From positions 4,278,001 through 4,342,000 of the forward strand of contig CP075493.1 in the NCBI GenBank assembly GCA_021613535.1: 64,000 nucleotides of DNA, written 5' to 3'. Below, one piece after another: positions 50,529 through 62,580 of the stretch; position 1 is the first letter of the stretch, and the number at the start of each line of letters is the position of its first letter. Below the pieces are notes generated by a model that worked only from the letters and a program-made list of their open reading frames with translations, was not told the origin of the DNA and searched no databases. Made by a program: the position numbers and the translations under genes. The DNA is from Adineta vaga. Taxonomy: Eukaryota; Animalia; Rotifera.

Positions 50529-51213
50529 TTATGTATCTCGATTGGCAACATAATTTCGATAATGTTCAGTTGCACTATCAATAAATTCTAAAACAAATCA
50601 TGTCAATATGAATACACTTAGTTCTTGAATCAAGATATCATCTTACGTTGATAGCTAACTTTATCATTATCATCTCGTGTAAAGATCTTTGTGAAAAACT
50701 TTTTCTTTTGTTCAGAAAGATCACCAGCTTTTTCTGTCAGAATTTGATTGAATTCATTTTTATCAACATAACCATCGCCATTAACATCTCCATTCAAATA
50801 TAAACAAATATATACTCAATTACATATGAAAGTTCACTTTTTTTACCAAATGTATTGAATAATTTTTTTACACCAAGTGGAGTCATTGGAACATGTTTTG
50901 TAATTATAACTTCAAACTCATCAATTGTAATAATATCATCCTCTGTATATAAATCAAAATTATAAATTACAAAGAAAAAACGAAAGGAATTACTTACTAT
51001 TTGTATCAATTACTTGCATAACTTTTGCGATATCATCATCATCTATTCCTCCGCCACTAACAAATTCAATGAGTTCTTTGACTTCTTTTTTATCCAATTT
51101 ACCATTTTTATCAGCATCAAATAGTGAAAAAAGAATTTTTATATCTAAATAAAAATAGAAAGAGTAAACATATACATGTTAATTCATTTACCATCAGAAT
51201 CATAAGTAGCCAT
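50529..51213 (-). CDS. Calmodulin-like four-EF-hand protein, 5 exons
   Basis: Spliced loops DADKNGKLDKKE, DTNKDDIITIDE, DVNGDGYVDKNE and degenerate TRDDNDKVSYQE. Confidence 0.8.
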
Positions 51214-51921
51214 TTGAGAAAATGTATGATAATATGAAGAAAAGAAAAAAACTATCAACGAATAACACGATGTATGTAACTACAAAAACAGTCTGTTACT
51301 GAATCTACGAAGTTATATGAATATATATATATATATTTTCGTACGCAGAGAACAAAAAAGTTTATTTTCTTGTTTTTATGAAATGAGATTACCTGCAGGG
51401 ACTGATTCAAAGCAAAGTGATTTTGAGAATCTAACAAAAGAAAAACAAATGTGATGAAAAATATTTCCATTCCTGACAATACTCACTTCAAAACATCGTA
51501 TTTTTAATCGATTATGAATAACAAGCTACAGTACTTCTCACTCACTATGTATGAAATTAGATTTTATTCATATATTTTCAGATTCAATGTAATCACACAG
51601 TAAGAATCAAACAGAAGACTCGTTTTATTTCATTTTTCTACAAGTATTTCTATGAATATTGAGATTAGAATTATCGATTGATTTATTCTTGATATAGTAC
51701 ATTAGTTTACGAATGTTCCATCTTATGTACTATTACTAGCAGAGATATACGACACATTTTCGAAAATTTTTATTGTATAATGATATAGGTATAAATTTCA
51801 AATAGCATCTCCCTTTTTTCGGAGTATTATTGCATTCTTTTTAATTGTATGAGTTCTATTTGAATTGTAAGAGTATCAGCACAATGAAACAAATCGACGA
51901 AATACCAGTAAGAATTGTGGA

Positions 51922-52960
51922 TGAACACAAATATGGGTTAACTCATGTAACTCTCATTGTTCTAGGTTTCGACGATGAATCTCAATTCAAACAATGGAAA
52001 TCTTTCTAGCAGTTTATCAAGAGTATCATATGTGTATCTTAACTGTCTGCTTATAAATAAACACAATAAATACTCGTAGATTGACGCCTACGCTTCGACA
52101 AAGAAAACTATCACGATATTTTATTGCTTTCAATTGCTCTTATATTAGTGATATCAGCTGTAGTTATTCCATTAAGTCTTATACTCACGAAGAAATCGAA
52201 GCCGACAACAACAGCAACAAAAACTTATGAGAAAATATGAATTAATAAAGAGATCGTCATGAATCTTATCTTGTCGATATAAGCAGGATATATTAACAAT
52301 TAATTTTTATTTTTAGTAGTATTATAATACGTTTAAATAGTTTCCTATACATACTAAACCAAGCTAAAACCTAAGACTTTTTATAAACAAAACAAAATGG
52401 TTTTTAAAATACTCTAGATCGAAGTTTGATGAAATTTTAAATTTACATTTAAAAGAATAAAATAGCATCATAGATAGATTGAAGTCTTCAAGATAGTAAA
52501 TACTGTTATGTTACAAAACATAATCAAATATTGTTGTTAGTTTGGTTAAATGTGGGAAAGATAAGCCAACCACGACATGATTGTGCAAACAGCTATCTTA
52601 TCTAACAATGAGATATTGATTAGTGGTGTACACAACTATGGTAAAGGTAACGAGCATATTATCAACATTATTAAACGGTAAAATATTAGCTACCGGTGGA
52701 TATGTGACCGATGTTTCAAACACGTCTGAGCTTTACGATTCGACAACTAGCGCGTGGAATAGTACTGGTAATATGAATGAATGAAGATATGATCACACCG
52801 CTACTGTATTAACAAATAGAAAAGTATTAGTTGTCGGTGGGTGGTCCATTTTAAATGCAGCAATAAATGATGTTGAAATGTATGATCCGTCTACAAAAAA
52901 TTGGTATACAATGAATACTTTACAATATTCTCAATTTTCACATTTAGCATTCCTTAACAA
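51922..52960 (+). pseudogene. Decayed TM-anchored kelch-repeat (galactose-oxidase-type) gene
   Basis: TM segment ILLLSIALILVISAVVIPLSLIL; kelch fragments SELYDSTTSAWNSTGNMNE*RYDHTATVLTNRKVLVVGG..EMYDP with stops and frameshifts. Confidence 0.65.
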
Positions 52961-53262
52961 AAATTCAACACATATCAGCTGTATTGATTGATTCATCGCA
53001 TAGCTTTTTAATAAAAGAAAATACTGCTACCACACACAAAACAATATTCTATCGAATATAAAGTTTTAAACTATCACCTTCTAGATATATTAAAAAATCT
53101 AATCTAAACATCGGTTGATCTTTACCGACGTATAACTTGTCCAGTAAACTGTTCCATTCGTTATATCTATTCTATCAAAACAATAACTGTAGTTTGAACA
53201 TGGTTGAGTTCAATTCTAAATATATATTTTTATTAACAAAAATAAATTAACAAATATTTTAT

Positions 53263-54321
53263 TTAAGATTTACAAATTGAAATCGTAATAATTTCATATC
53301 CAATAAATATCTTTTCAAACCAGTTGACTTTAAGTGATCGTTGATATTTTTCATTCATAGCTAATAAAATTGATTGAAATCTATCGACATTCGTTTGTGT
53401 ATTATTATCAATAGTCATTTGAGTTCGTTGACAATTGATAGATAGATTTACGTGTGAAATTTGTTCAATAATTGACCACCAATGACAAATAAGATTTTCA
53501 AAAAAATCTTCTGTAAGATAATTATAATTAATATTCAAATGAAAATAGTGCAAATTTGGCATTATTTTATGTAAATTTTCAAAGAAATTTGGATCACAAT
53601 ACATTAATGACCAATTAATTTTTATTCTTTGCAATTGTGGAAGTAGAAATGTTGGTTTAGCAAATGGTGATTGTCGATTATCGAAATATATTTCTGGACT
53701 ATGAATTTCTAATCTTTGTAATTTTGGCATATGACTTAAAAGTAAATTCATCAACGAATTCTGTTCATCATCTCGAAGTGTAATGGAAAATCTTTCAATA
53801 TTACTCATTATTTTGCTTTTGGAATTAATCGATGTTAATACTCGTAGAAAATTTACATGACAAATACGTATTGAAGAAGTTGAAAGAACAGCATCGAGTA
53901 ACATTTGATTCGGTACACAATCGATTGAAAGATATTCAAGTGAAGGAAGTTGTGGAAGAACATAACATATGGCAGGTATTTCTCGTCCACGTAATTTAAC
54001 TTTTAAAAATTTCAATTGAATTAATTTTGTACAATGCCAACGAAGAAATTCAGGTATATGAGATGTTTTATGTGAATCAATTGGTTGAAGACTAACAATA
54101 CGATTGAGAATTGAATCAGACCAATATGATTGAGTGGAATAATCTAATGGATTATGATTTGTTTTACCTAATCGAACATGAAATACTAAATAATTTGATG
54201 TCAGTATTTGATTAATATGATGATTTAGATTAGAAAATGCTTGTAAAAGTTCATGTGCTTCTAAATACGAAAAAATTGATATCCATAATTCGACAGGTAA
54301 TTGTTCAAAAGTTGTGCACAT
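53263..54321 (-). CDS. F-box protein
   Basis: FEQLPVELWISIFSYL..AFSNLN; start set at MCTTF. Confidence 0.82.
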   Translation of the reverse strand: MCTTFEQLPVELWISIFSYLEAHELLQAFSNLNHHINQILTSNYLVFHVRLGKTNHNPLDYSTQSYWSDSILNRIVSLQPIDSHKTSHIPEFLRWHCTKLIQLKFLKVKLRGREIPAICYVLPQLPSLEYLSIDCVPNQMLLDAVLSTSSIRICHVNFLRVLTSINSKSKIMSNIERFSITLRDDEQNSLMNLLLSHMPKLQRLEIHSPEIYFDNRQSPFAKPTFLLPQLQRIKINWSLMYCDPNFFENLHKIMPNLHYFHLNINYNYLTEDFFENLICHWWSIIEQISHVNLSINCQRTQMTIDNNTQTNVDRFQSILLAMNEKYQRSLKVNWFEKIFIGYEIITISICKS

Positions 54322-55149
54322 CTTGATTACAGTTGAAAAATCATTTTTATAATTATAACAAACGAAACAATCTAAACTAAAATGATGTGAATATCCATAG
54401 TTTATTACAATACGATGATACATAACGAATACAAAAGAAGAAAATATAGATGGCGATAGAAAATTCTACAAGATTATATATTAGAGTTAATCGTCCATTG
54501 ATTTTATTCTATGTTTTTTTTCTGATAATGTCTACGGAATATGGTACTACCATTTTGAGTATTAATATTTATTTTCAAAAATTGTTCACATGAAATTCAC
54601 AATGATTATCTCTTATGTAAAACTCATGAATATCGAAGCAATTGAGAAACATTATCAAATTCTTCTTTGTTGCAAATGTTTCCGTTAAAGAAACTGAAAA
54701 ACTTCGATCTATTGACCGAGGAAAAAATAAATGAGGCCAATGTACTAAACCTGTTTTTTTTCTTCGTCGTTCTCTTCTCTTCTCTTATAAGACACACCTT
54801 CTCTTCGTCGGCTTCGAAACATACAAGACTAAATTGTATTTTCTTTCGTCCCTCTTCTCTCTGTTTCTCTTTTCCGAAATAGACAGCTGATGTACAGAAT
54901 AGTGACATAAATAAAAATTATCGAGTGCATTATTTTATCACAAACAGCTAGTAAAAATAGACCATCAATGTTAAATATTTCTGTCTGTTTTTCTTATTTT
55001 ACTTTTTGATATGTACGAAATTGATGTGTTTTTTTCATTAGAAATGATGATTTCACGCATGATACACATTTTATATAACTTTGTAACTTCATATCGATTA
55101 ACAGTATTAGTTTATTTGTAGAAAAGAAAAACATTTCTTGAACTCAATA

Positions 55150-56550
55150 ATGTCTTTAAATCAAATAAATCGTTTGATTTCAACCAGTCGACAAAGTTAT
55201 ATTTCATCTGTAAATTCAATACGATCTTTATCAACGGCGAAAGATAGTAAGTAATATCTAATATATGGCCCATATACAAACGGTTAAATGGCTTTGTTTT
55301 TAGTTCCATCATTTCCTATGAAACGAAAATCTCCTCTTCGTCCACCACCCGAATATGCTAAATTACGCAAAGAAGCACCTGTAACGAAAGCAAAAATTTG
55401 GGATGGTAGTTCAGTTTGGTTGGTGTCACGCCATAAAGATGTTGTTAAAGTTCTTACTGATTCATCATTCAGTAAAGTACGTACTCATGAAGGATTTCCT
55501 GAAACGGGACCAGGTGGTAAAGCAGCAGCTACAGCTACTAAACCAACATTCGTCGATATGGATCCTCCTGAACATACTCAACATCGATCTATGGTTGAAA
55601 ATGATTTCTCAATGAAAAATGTTGAATCTTTACGGCCTAAACTTGAAAAAATTGCCAATAATTTAATTGATGAGATGAAAAAGAAAAAACAGCCAGTTGA
55701 TTTACATATTTCATATTCTCTACCTGTACCGACATTCACGATTTATGATATGTTAGGAATTCCGTATGAAGATCATGATTTCTTAGAACGATGTAATGCT
55801 ATTCGTACGAATGGAAGTGCAACATCTGCTGAATCATCAGCTGCTAGTCAAGATCTCATGAATTATCTTGCACGTTTAGTATGTTATTGCTTCGATATCT
55901 TTGATTTTATTTCAATCGTTGAATTTATCTTTTAGGTAGAAAAGAAGAAAAAGAATAAAGGTGGTAATGATATGATTACTCGTCTTTTAAAACAAGTTCA
56001 ACAAGGAAAATTGACTGATGAAGAACTTGTTGCTATGTCATTTCTTCTTTTAGTTGCTGGAAATGCAACAACGGCAAATATGATTACATTAGGTATTTTA
56101 ACATTACTTCAACATCCCAATCAATTAAATGAACTGAAAAAGAATCCATCATTAATTAAAAATGCTGTCGAAGAAATTCTTCGTTATCTAACTGGTTCAC
56201 AATTTGCTACTCGACGAGTTGCAATTCAAAAAGTTCAAATCGGTAATCAACTTATTGAAAAAAATCAAGGTGTCTGGGCGTTGAATGCATCAGCCAATGA
56301 TGATGAAGAAGTTTTCAAGAATCCGACTCAATTTGATATTCATCGTCAGCCAAATCCACATTTAGCTTTTGGTGAAGGTATTCATAGATGTGTTGCTGAA
56401 CATTTAGCACGTGCTGAAATTGAAGTTGCTATCAATACTCTTCTTCATCGTTTACCAAATCTTCAACTTGCTGTACCATTTGATAAAATTGAATATGTTA
56501 CTGATTCTTCACGAGATTTCGGTGTTAATGCATTACCGATCAAATGGTAA
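55150..56550 (+). CDS. CYP55: Cytochrome P450nor (CYP55-type nitric-oxide reductase), 428 aa with mitochondrial presequence; exons 55150-55246, 55304-55878, 55936-56550
   Basis: Close match to recalled fungal P450nor blocks SKVRT..GFPE, KPTFVDMDPPEH..QRSMVE, LPVP, NAIRTNGS, FLLLVAGNAT, HRCxAEHLA (heme Cys), RDxG; both GT-AG introns are phase-consistent. Confidence 0.9.
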
Positions 56551-56845
56551 TTTCAAAATTTGAGATTCAGACAATTTAATTTTTTTTCAATTTAGCTTAT
56601 CTAACTACTAACTATTGACTTTTATTCAACAATAAAAAGATATATCTATTATTTATTACATATAACAACAACTTGAACATGATTTGCAATGTTTATCGTA
56701 AAGAGAAAGCTTATATTTTCTTAATTAAATTTCATACGAGAGTTTAGCTTTATTTTTAATCGAAAAAACAAGATAGAAGAAATCAAGGTAGACAAAATCT
56801 TGAATGAGAAAAAAAAGAATTAGTTTTTGTTCATCTAAATATCGA

Positions 56846-57284
56846 CTAATTCGATGGATGATTCGGTAGTGGTGGATAATTGATTTTGTTTCTAAACAAA
56901 AATCGTTTAGTATTGAATACATTTATAGATTGAAAAGATTCTCTACATACAACTGAGATTGTGTATTTCCAAATCGTTCACCGCCATCCATTCCTAAAGC
57001 ACCGGCACCAATACCAAAACCAACACCACGAATACCAAATTTTCTTGTATAACATTGTTTACAATATACATCTCCATCATGTTCAGCAACGTTGGAAATT
57101 TCTAACATTTTCTTACAAAGTCCTACAGAAATTAAATTTTACATCGATTAAATTAATCAATCATCTTACCACATCGAAAACAAATTTTATGCCACATTTT
57201 GCCTGCGACGGGAATTGATTCTGCATGAAAAGCGGCATGACCACATCGAGGACAATGAGGTGTTTCTGCACTTGTAAATGGCAT
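56846..57284 (-). CDS. Single-LIM cysteine/glycine-rich protein (CRP/MLP family), 3 exons
   Basis: [21 protein letters not shown] followed by [16 protein letters not shown]. Confidence 0.88.
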
Positions 57285-58002
57285 CTTCTCGAACAAATAA
57301 CAATAATAATGCTAATAATAAATTACACTCGATTTTTGTAAAGTAACAGAAACTTTCCACATATATATATATATATAAGTGCGCTACCGAACAATTGATA
57401 TCTGCGTCGTTTTTTTATTTTGAGTACAAAAAGTTAGTAGCAATATATCAACTCTAGTGTAACCAAGCAAATAGAACAAGTATAGAAAGATAAGAGAAGC
57501 ACAATCTGTCAACAGAAAATTGTTTGTATTCAGCGTAGGTTGCTTTCTACTACAAAACATTCCAACAACGAATGTCAATCATTAATAAGACGTAATTTTA
57601 TTTTTTACATATATATATATATATAGGAGGACAGAGAAATATACGTTGGTGCAATCATAATTCAATTGTTAAAGCTAGTTGATAGTGTTGTTGATATTTC
57701 TGTAATTAGTTATTTAGATGATAGATGTATCAAATCTTTTTCCTAATGATAAGGTCATTTCATTGAATTAAAAAAAGAAACGAATCCTACTTTATGACAT
57801 TCCAATATAGATACACGTGAAAACATGTGAATATTGTTCTCATCACGTTTTGATAAAGATTATATATTAAACTAGAGCAACATAAAAAGAATACATTCTT
57901 TTTCGTTTTGAAAGTATTCAGTATTGCAAAAAAAAGGAAATATTCTATTCTCTGTTTAGTACATTTGATATTGTAATTTATTTTGAGAAAATTTATCTGC
58001 AA

Positions 58003-58437
58003 ATGGCATCATCTAGTCTTGAATCTCTTCGTAAATATACTGTTAATATTTCAACAAATGAAGCACTTGAAACATTAAATCAGCAATTACATCGATTACT
58101 TGCCGATACTCATATAGATTTTAATAAAAGAAAAAAAATGCTTTTACAATTGGAACGAAAACACAATCAATATCGGCGTTTATTTGAACAAAATGATTAT
58201 CATAATCAACATAAATTAGCTGATAATACAAATCTTATTCGACGCATAAAAAAGAAAATTATTGAAGACGATCGTCAACAACGACAACGAAGACATGCAG
58301 AACAAGAACAAACAGCAAGTACAAATTGGTCTCCTGGATATACGGTTATTCTAGTAGGTGGTGCACTTGCCGGCGTTCTATGTGTTGCCACATTAATAAT
58401 TATGATATTAAATAATTCAAAAGAAAAATATGTGTAA
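58003..58437 (+). CDS. Small coiled-coil protein with C-terminal TM (tail-anchored-like), function unknown
   Basis: Intact 144-aa ORF; charged helical body; hydrophobic VILVGGALAGVLCVATLIIMIL near the C-terminus. Confidence 0.6.
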   Translation: MASSSLESLRKYTVNISTNEALETLNQQLHRLLADTHIDFNKRKKMLLQLERKHNQYRRLFEQNDYHNQHKLADNTNLIRRIKKKIIEDDRQQRQRRHAEQEQTASTNWSPGYTVILVGGALAGVLCVATLIIMILNNSKEKYV

Positions 58438-58616
58438 TATATTCATTCATTTGTTTAATTTCATTCGGAATACAATTTATAAAGACTTTTCTATTTGTAC
58501 TCTATACGAAAAAGAACAAATGTTCGTTACTCAGCTTTGAGAATGTCGTGCTGTGTTCTGTTTTTTTTTGTCTCTGTCAATTTTAGAGAGAAAGTGTATG
58601 AAATTAAGAAACTACA

Positions 58617-58699
58617 GCTGTGATGGCCGAGCGGTCTAAGGCGTCTGATTGCTAGTCAGATGGGGTTTCCCCTCGTAGGTTCAAATCCTGCTCGCAGCG
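58617..58699 (+). tRNA. tRNA-Ser (GCT)
   Basis: Acceptor GCTGTGA/TCGCAGC + G73; anticodon arm TCTGA-TTGCTAG-TCAGA; long variable arm GGGGTTTCCCC; T-arm GTAGG-TTCAAAT-CCTGC; downstream T5 terminator. Confidence 0.93.
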
Positions 58700-58944
58700 T
58701 TACATTTTTGCTTTTGCTGTTGCTTGTAAGAAAGAATGAATAATTCTTACGAAATTTTACCTTTGTATTGCATCTTACACATGAATACTATTTCATCCGT
58801 CAATTTTGTTCTGCTCTTTCATGTCTATTTTTGAGTAAATCTATTATTTCAAATGAATATTGCAAAACGAATTTATTAAATTAAAACAACAGTTTCTTAT
58901 CAAGACAGAGTTATATTATATTTCCATTATTAAAATCTCGGTTT

Positions 58945-60369
58945 CTAAAAGAACCATTCAGTTTTGCTCCATAAAATGCAATAACCAAAAACAATACCAC
59001 TACCGAATATACATGCTGTTGTCAACAGTGAACCAAGAAGTAAATGTGTCGTGCCCGATATTCCTTGTCCACTTGTACATCCACCTGCACATCTTGCTCC
59101 AATAAATAAAAGAAATCCTCCGAGAACACTAGCTAGAACGTTTGTTCCATTTTCTGGTCCTAACGGTATAGTATGAGATAGAGTCGATGATAAAGCACTA
59201 CCACCGATAGCAGCTACACCAAAGAGAAAGATTGTATAATTTTCGAGTCCAGAACTTAAAGAACTCAATGATGGTAAGGCTCGTCCAATGGATTTAATTC
59301 GACATACTTGAGCAGCTAATACAGAAAATGCGGATGATGCTCCTAAAGTCATTTCCAAAAGAAGTATAAAGAATAATTGTAGTAGACCAACACCTGCACC
59401 ACAAAGAGATGGTGGCCAAGCAGCCATACGAAAGACGGATCCAATCATACTGTCTGGATTCATAAAGCTTCTGTCTCGAAAATAATAATCTAAATCTGAT
59501 CTCCAAGGTACGAAGAATTCCAAGCCAATAGCTGCACCAAGGAAAACAAGACCAAATATTGAGTGAAGAACAACACTTGGAGTATGTAATATATCAGAAA
59601 GACGACGAAATACAGGTGATGTGGATGGTAATCTTTCTTTTGTGATACGATCATGAATTACAATATAATAGAAGAAAGTGCCTAAAAGTGCACCCAGACA
59701 AGTAAAGAGTGAATTAAAGATACCGGAACCTCTAGAAGCAAAAAATATGTAGAAAATCGATGTTCAATCTTAGGGAAAGATCATCAATATTTACACTTGA
59801 ACAAATATTGTTCCAGGACAACTACCACAGATGACCATTCCTAAACCAATTAGTGAACCTCCAGCAATATAATGAATAACTACAAAAGGAAATTCAGCAT
59901 ATCAACAAAAGTTTTAGACAAGTTTCACTTACTTCCTCGTCGACAATTGTATTCAATATCATCAACAAGAACTTTTCCATAAAGACTTTTACGAACAAGT
60001 TCAAGTATTGCAACGCTTAACATTGATACGCCAACAGCAGCAAGAAACATTTTCAGCATAACAAAACGTTGAAAAACCATTTGTTTACGAATCGTTGGTG
60101 TTAGAAAGACAGTTGCTTTATTCATTAGGAAGCCAAATAAAACTCCAAGAATGATTACACTTAGAACAGTACGAATTATCTTCACCATATTTTTATTTTT
60201 AGATTGACCTTGAGTACTAACTGGATGCTCAACCATTTTTGTTTTACTCGTCTCCCTAACAAATCAAAAAAAAAACAAACAAATAGTTCAAGTTTAATTA
60301 AAATCCAACTGATGCTAAATCTTACCCTAACTTTTTTTGTTCTGCTGGTAACATTGAATCGTTTTCCAT
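58945..60369 (-). CDS. YeeE/YedE (TsuA-like) sulfur-compound transporter, copy 1, 4 exons
   Basis: Polytopic membrane protein with GMVICGSCPGT and GARCAGGCTSGQGISG motifs; ATG 60369 is spliced in phase to the 59925..60236 exon. Confidence 0.85.
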
Positions 60370-61183
60370 TTTGATCACAATTTCAACTGTGATATATTCT
60401 ATAAGTTATTTGCCAATCTTACGTTGTAATATCGTTTACGATAAAAAAATCGATAATGATTGAAAGAGAGAAAAAAATCGTTCGTATAAATCTGAAAGGA
60501 TGAATATACTTGTACAGGTAGGAAGAACGAAGGATAAAATAATAATAATATCGTATTTGAAAATAATAGTTCTTAGCCTTACCTGGATACGTTTGCATAA
60601 GATAAACTTGATTTGATCATTCTTAGAGGACGTTTTTATAATTTCATTAAAGAAAAGAAAATCTGTTATGTCAATGGAAAATAACAAGTTTTATTTTTGA
60701 ATATAAGCATGTTGTTGCTACACAAGAAAACATTCACTAAATTGCGACACATTTCATATGAAAGCAAGGTGAATTTGATATTTTATCTGATGCAACGCCA
60801 TTCGTGTAAACACATATTAATAGATACTTATCAAATACACATTTGGCAAAGAATCAGCGAACGACGTAAATAAATTAATTATAGCAGTTGGCAATATATT
60901 CTAGTTTTCTTTTGCTTTTTTAGAAATTAGAACTATTGATATTGAAATTATATACCAATAGGAAACAATTACGACGAAATATGCACGACTATTTTGATTT
61001 TTCTCATAGAATATGCACTGATATTTGATTCTATTTTCAAGATCATGATACTCTTGTGATAAATAAATTGAAAGTGCACACAAATTTGAAATACAATATC
61101 CTTAGATATAGATTGAAGGTGAATATATTATAATAAATGTCAATCGTTAGAAAAAAAAGCGTTCTGTCTATTTGCATATGATT

Positions 61184-62580
61184 TTAAAACAACCATTCAT
61201 TTTTACTCAGCGAAAAAGAGAAAGCAAAAATAATACCACTACCAAATATACATGCTGTTGTCAAAAATGAACCGACAAGAAGATGTGTTGTACCTGATAT
61301 TCCTTGTCCACTTGTACATCCACCGGCACAACGTGCACCAACAAGCAGAAGAAATCCTCCGAGAATACTAGAAAGAATATTTGTTCCATTTTCTGGTCCT
61401 AATGGTAAAGTATCAGATAGAATCGATGATAAAGCACTACCACCAACAGCAGCCAAAGCAAATAAAAGAGCTGTATAGTTTTTTAATCCATAGGTTAAAC
61501 CAACCAATGATGGTATCTTTTGACCAATAATCTTAATACGACATAATTGTGCAGCTAATACAGAAAATGCAGATGATGCTCCTAATGATTTTTCAAGGCA
61601 AAGTATGAAGAAGAATTGAAGAAGACCAACACCTGCACCGCAAAGCGATGGTGGCCATGCTGCCATACGAAAGACAGATCCGATCATTCTTTGTGGATTC
61701 AAATTACTTCGGATTTGAAAATAATAATCTAAATCTGATCTCCAAGGTACTAAGAATTCTAAACCAATAGCTGCACCAAGAAATAAAAGACCAAGTATCA
61801 AATGAACAATAATACTTGGCGTATGTAATAAATCAGAAATACGACGCAGAACGAATGATGTGGATGGTAATTTTTCTGTGGAGACACGTTCATGAATAAT
61901 ACCGTAATAAAAATAAGTACCTAGAAGACCACCTAAACATGTGAAGAGTGAATTCACGATACCAGAACCCCTACAAAATACAAGAACACGAGAATATTAT
62001 TGTTCATACGATGATCTAGCTACCTACACTTGAATATATACTGTTCCTGGACAACTACCACAGATGACCATTCCTAGGCCAATAAGCGAACCTCCAACGA
62101 TATAATGTACAACTACAAAATAGAATATGAGTTAGTTGAGTACGTTTTTGTTCTCTAGCAAGAAAGCTTTGACTTACAATTTCGTCGACTATTGTGTTCG
62201 ATATACCCATTGATAATTTTTCCATATAAAACTTTACGAAAAAGCTCCAGTAACGCAACACTCAACATTGACATTCCCACAGCAGCGAGAAACATTTTTA
62301 ACATAGCAAAACGTTGAAATAACATTTGTTTACGAATTGTCGGTGCCACAAAGACTGTTCCTTTATTTATTAAAAATCCGAATACAAGACCAAAGATAAT
62401 TGAACATAGAATAGTAAAAATATTCATCAATATGCTTATATTATTGGAATGACCATGTGCAGTGACTGGAGTGTTTTTCTTACTATTTTAAAAGTAGAAT
62501 TAGTTTTTCTAAAAAAAATAAACTTACTCTAAATTCGTCTGTTGTGATGATAACATCGGATCATTTTCTTTATTAGCCAT
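61184..62580 (-). CDS. YeeE/YedE (TsuA-like) sulfur-compound transporter, copy 2, 4 exons
   Basis: Tandem paralog with the same motifs and intron positions; ATG 62580. Confidence 0.85.

Noticed and set aside
55150-62580. Bacterial or fungal contamination as the source of CYP55 and YeeE
   Set aside because: All carry short host-type spliceosomal introns, share the host AT-rich composition and are interleaved with metazoan genes.
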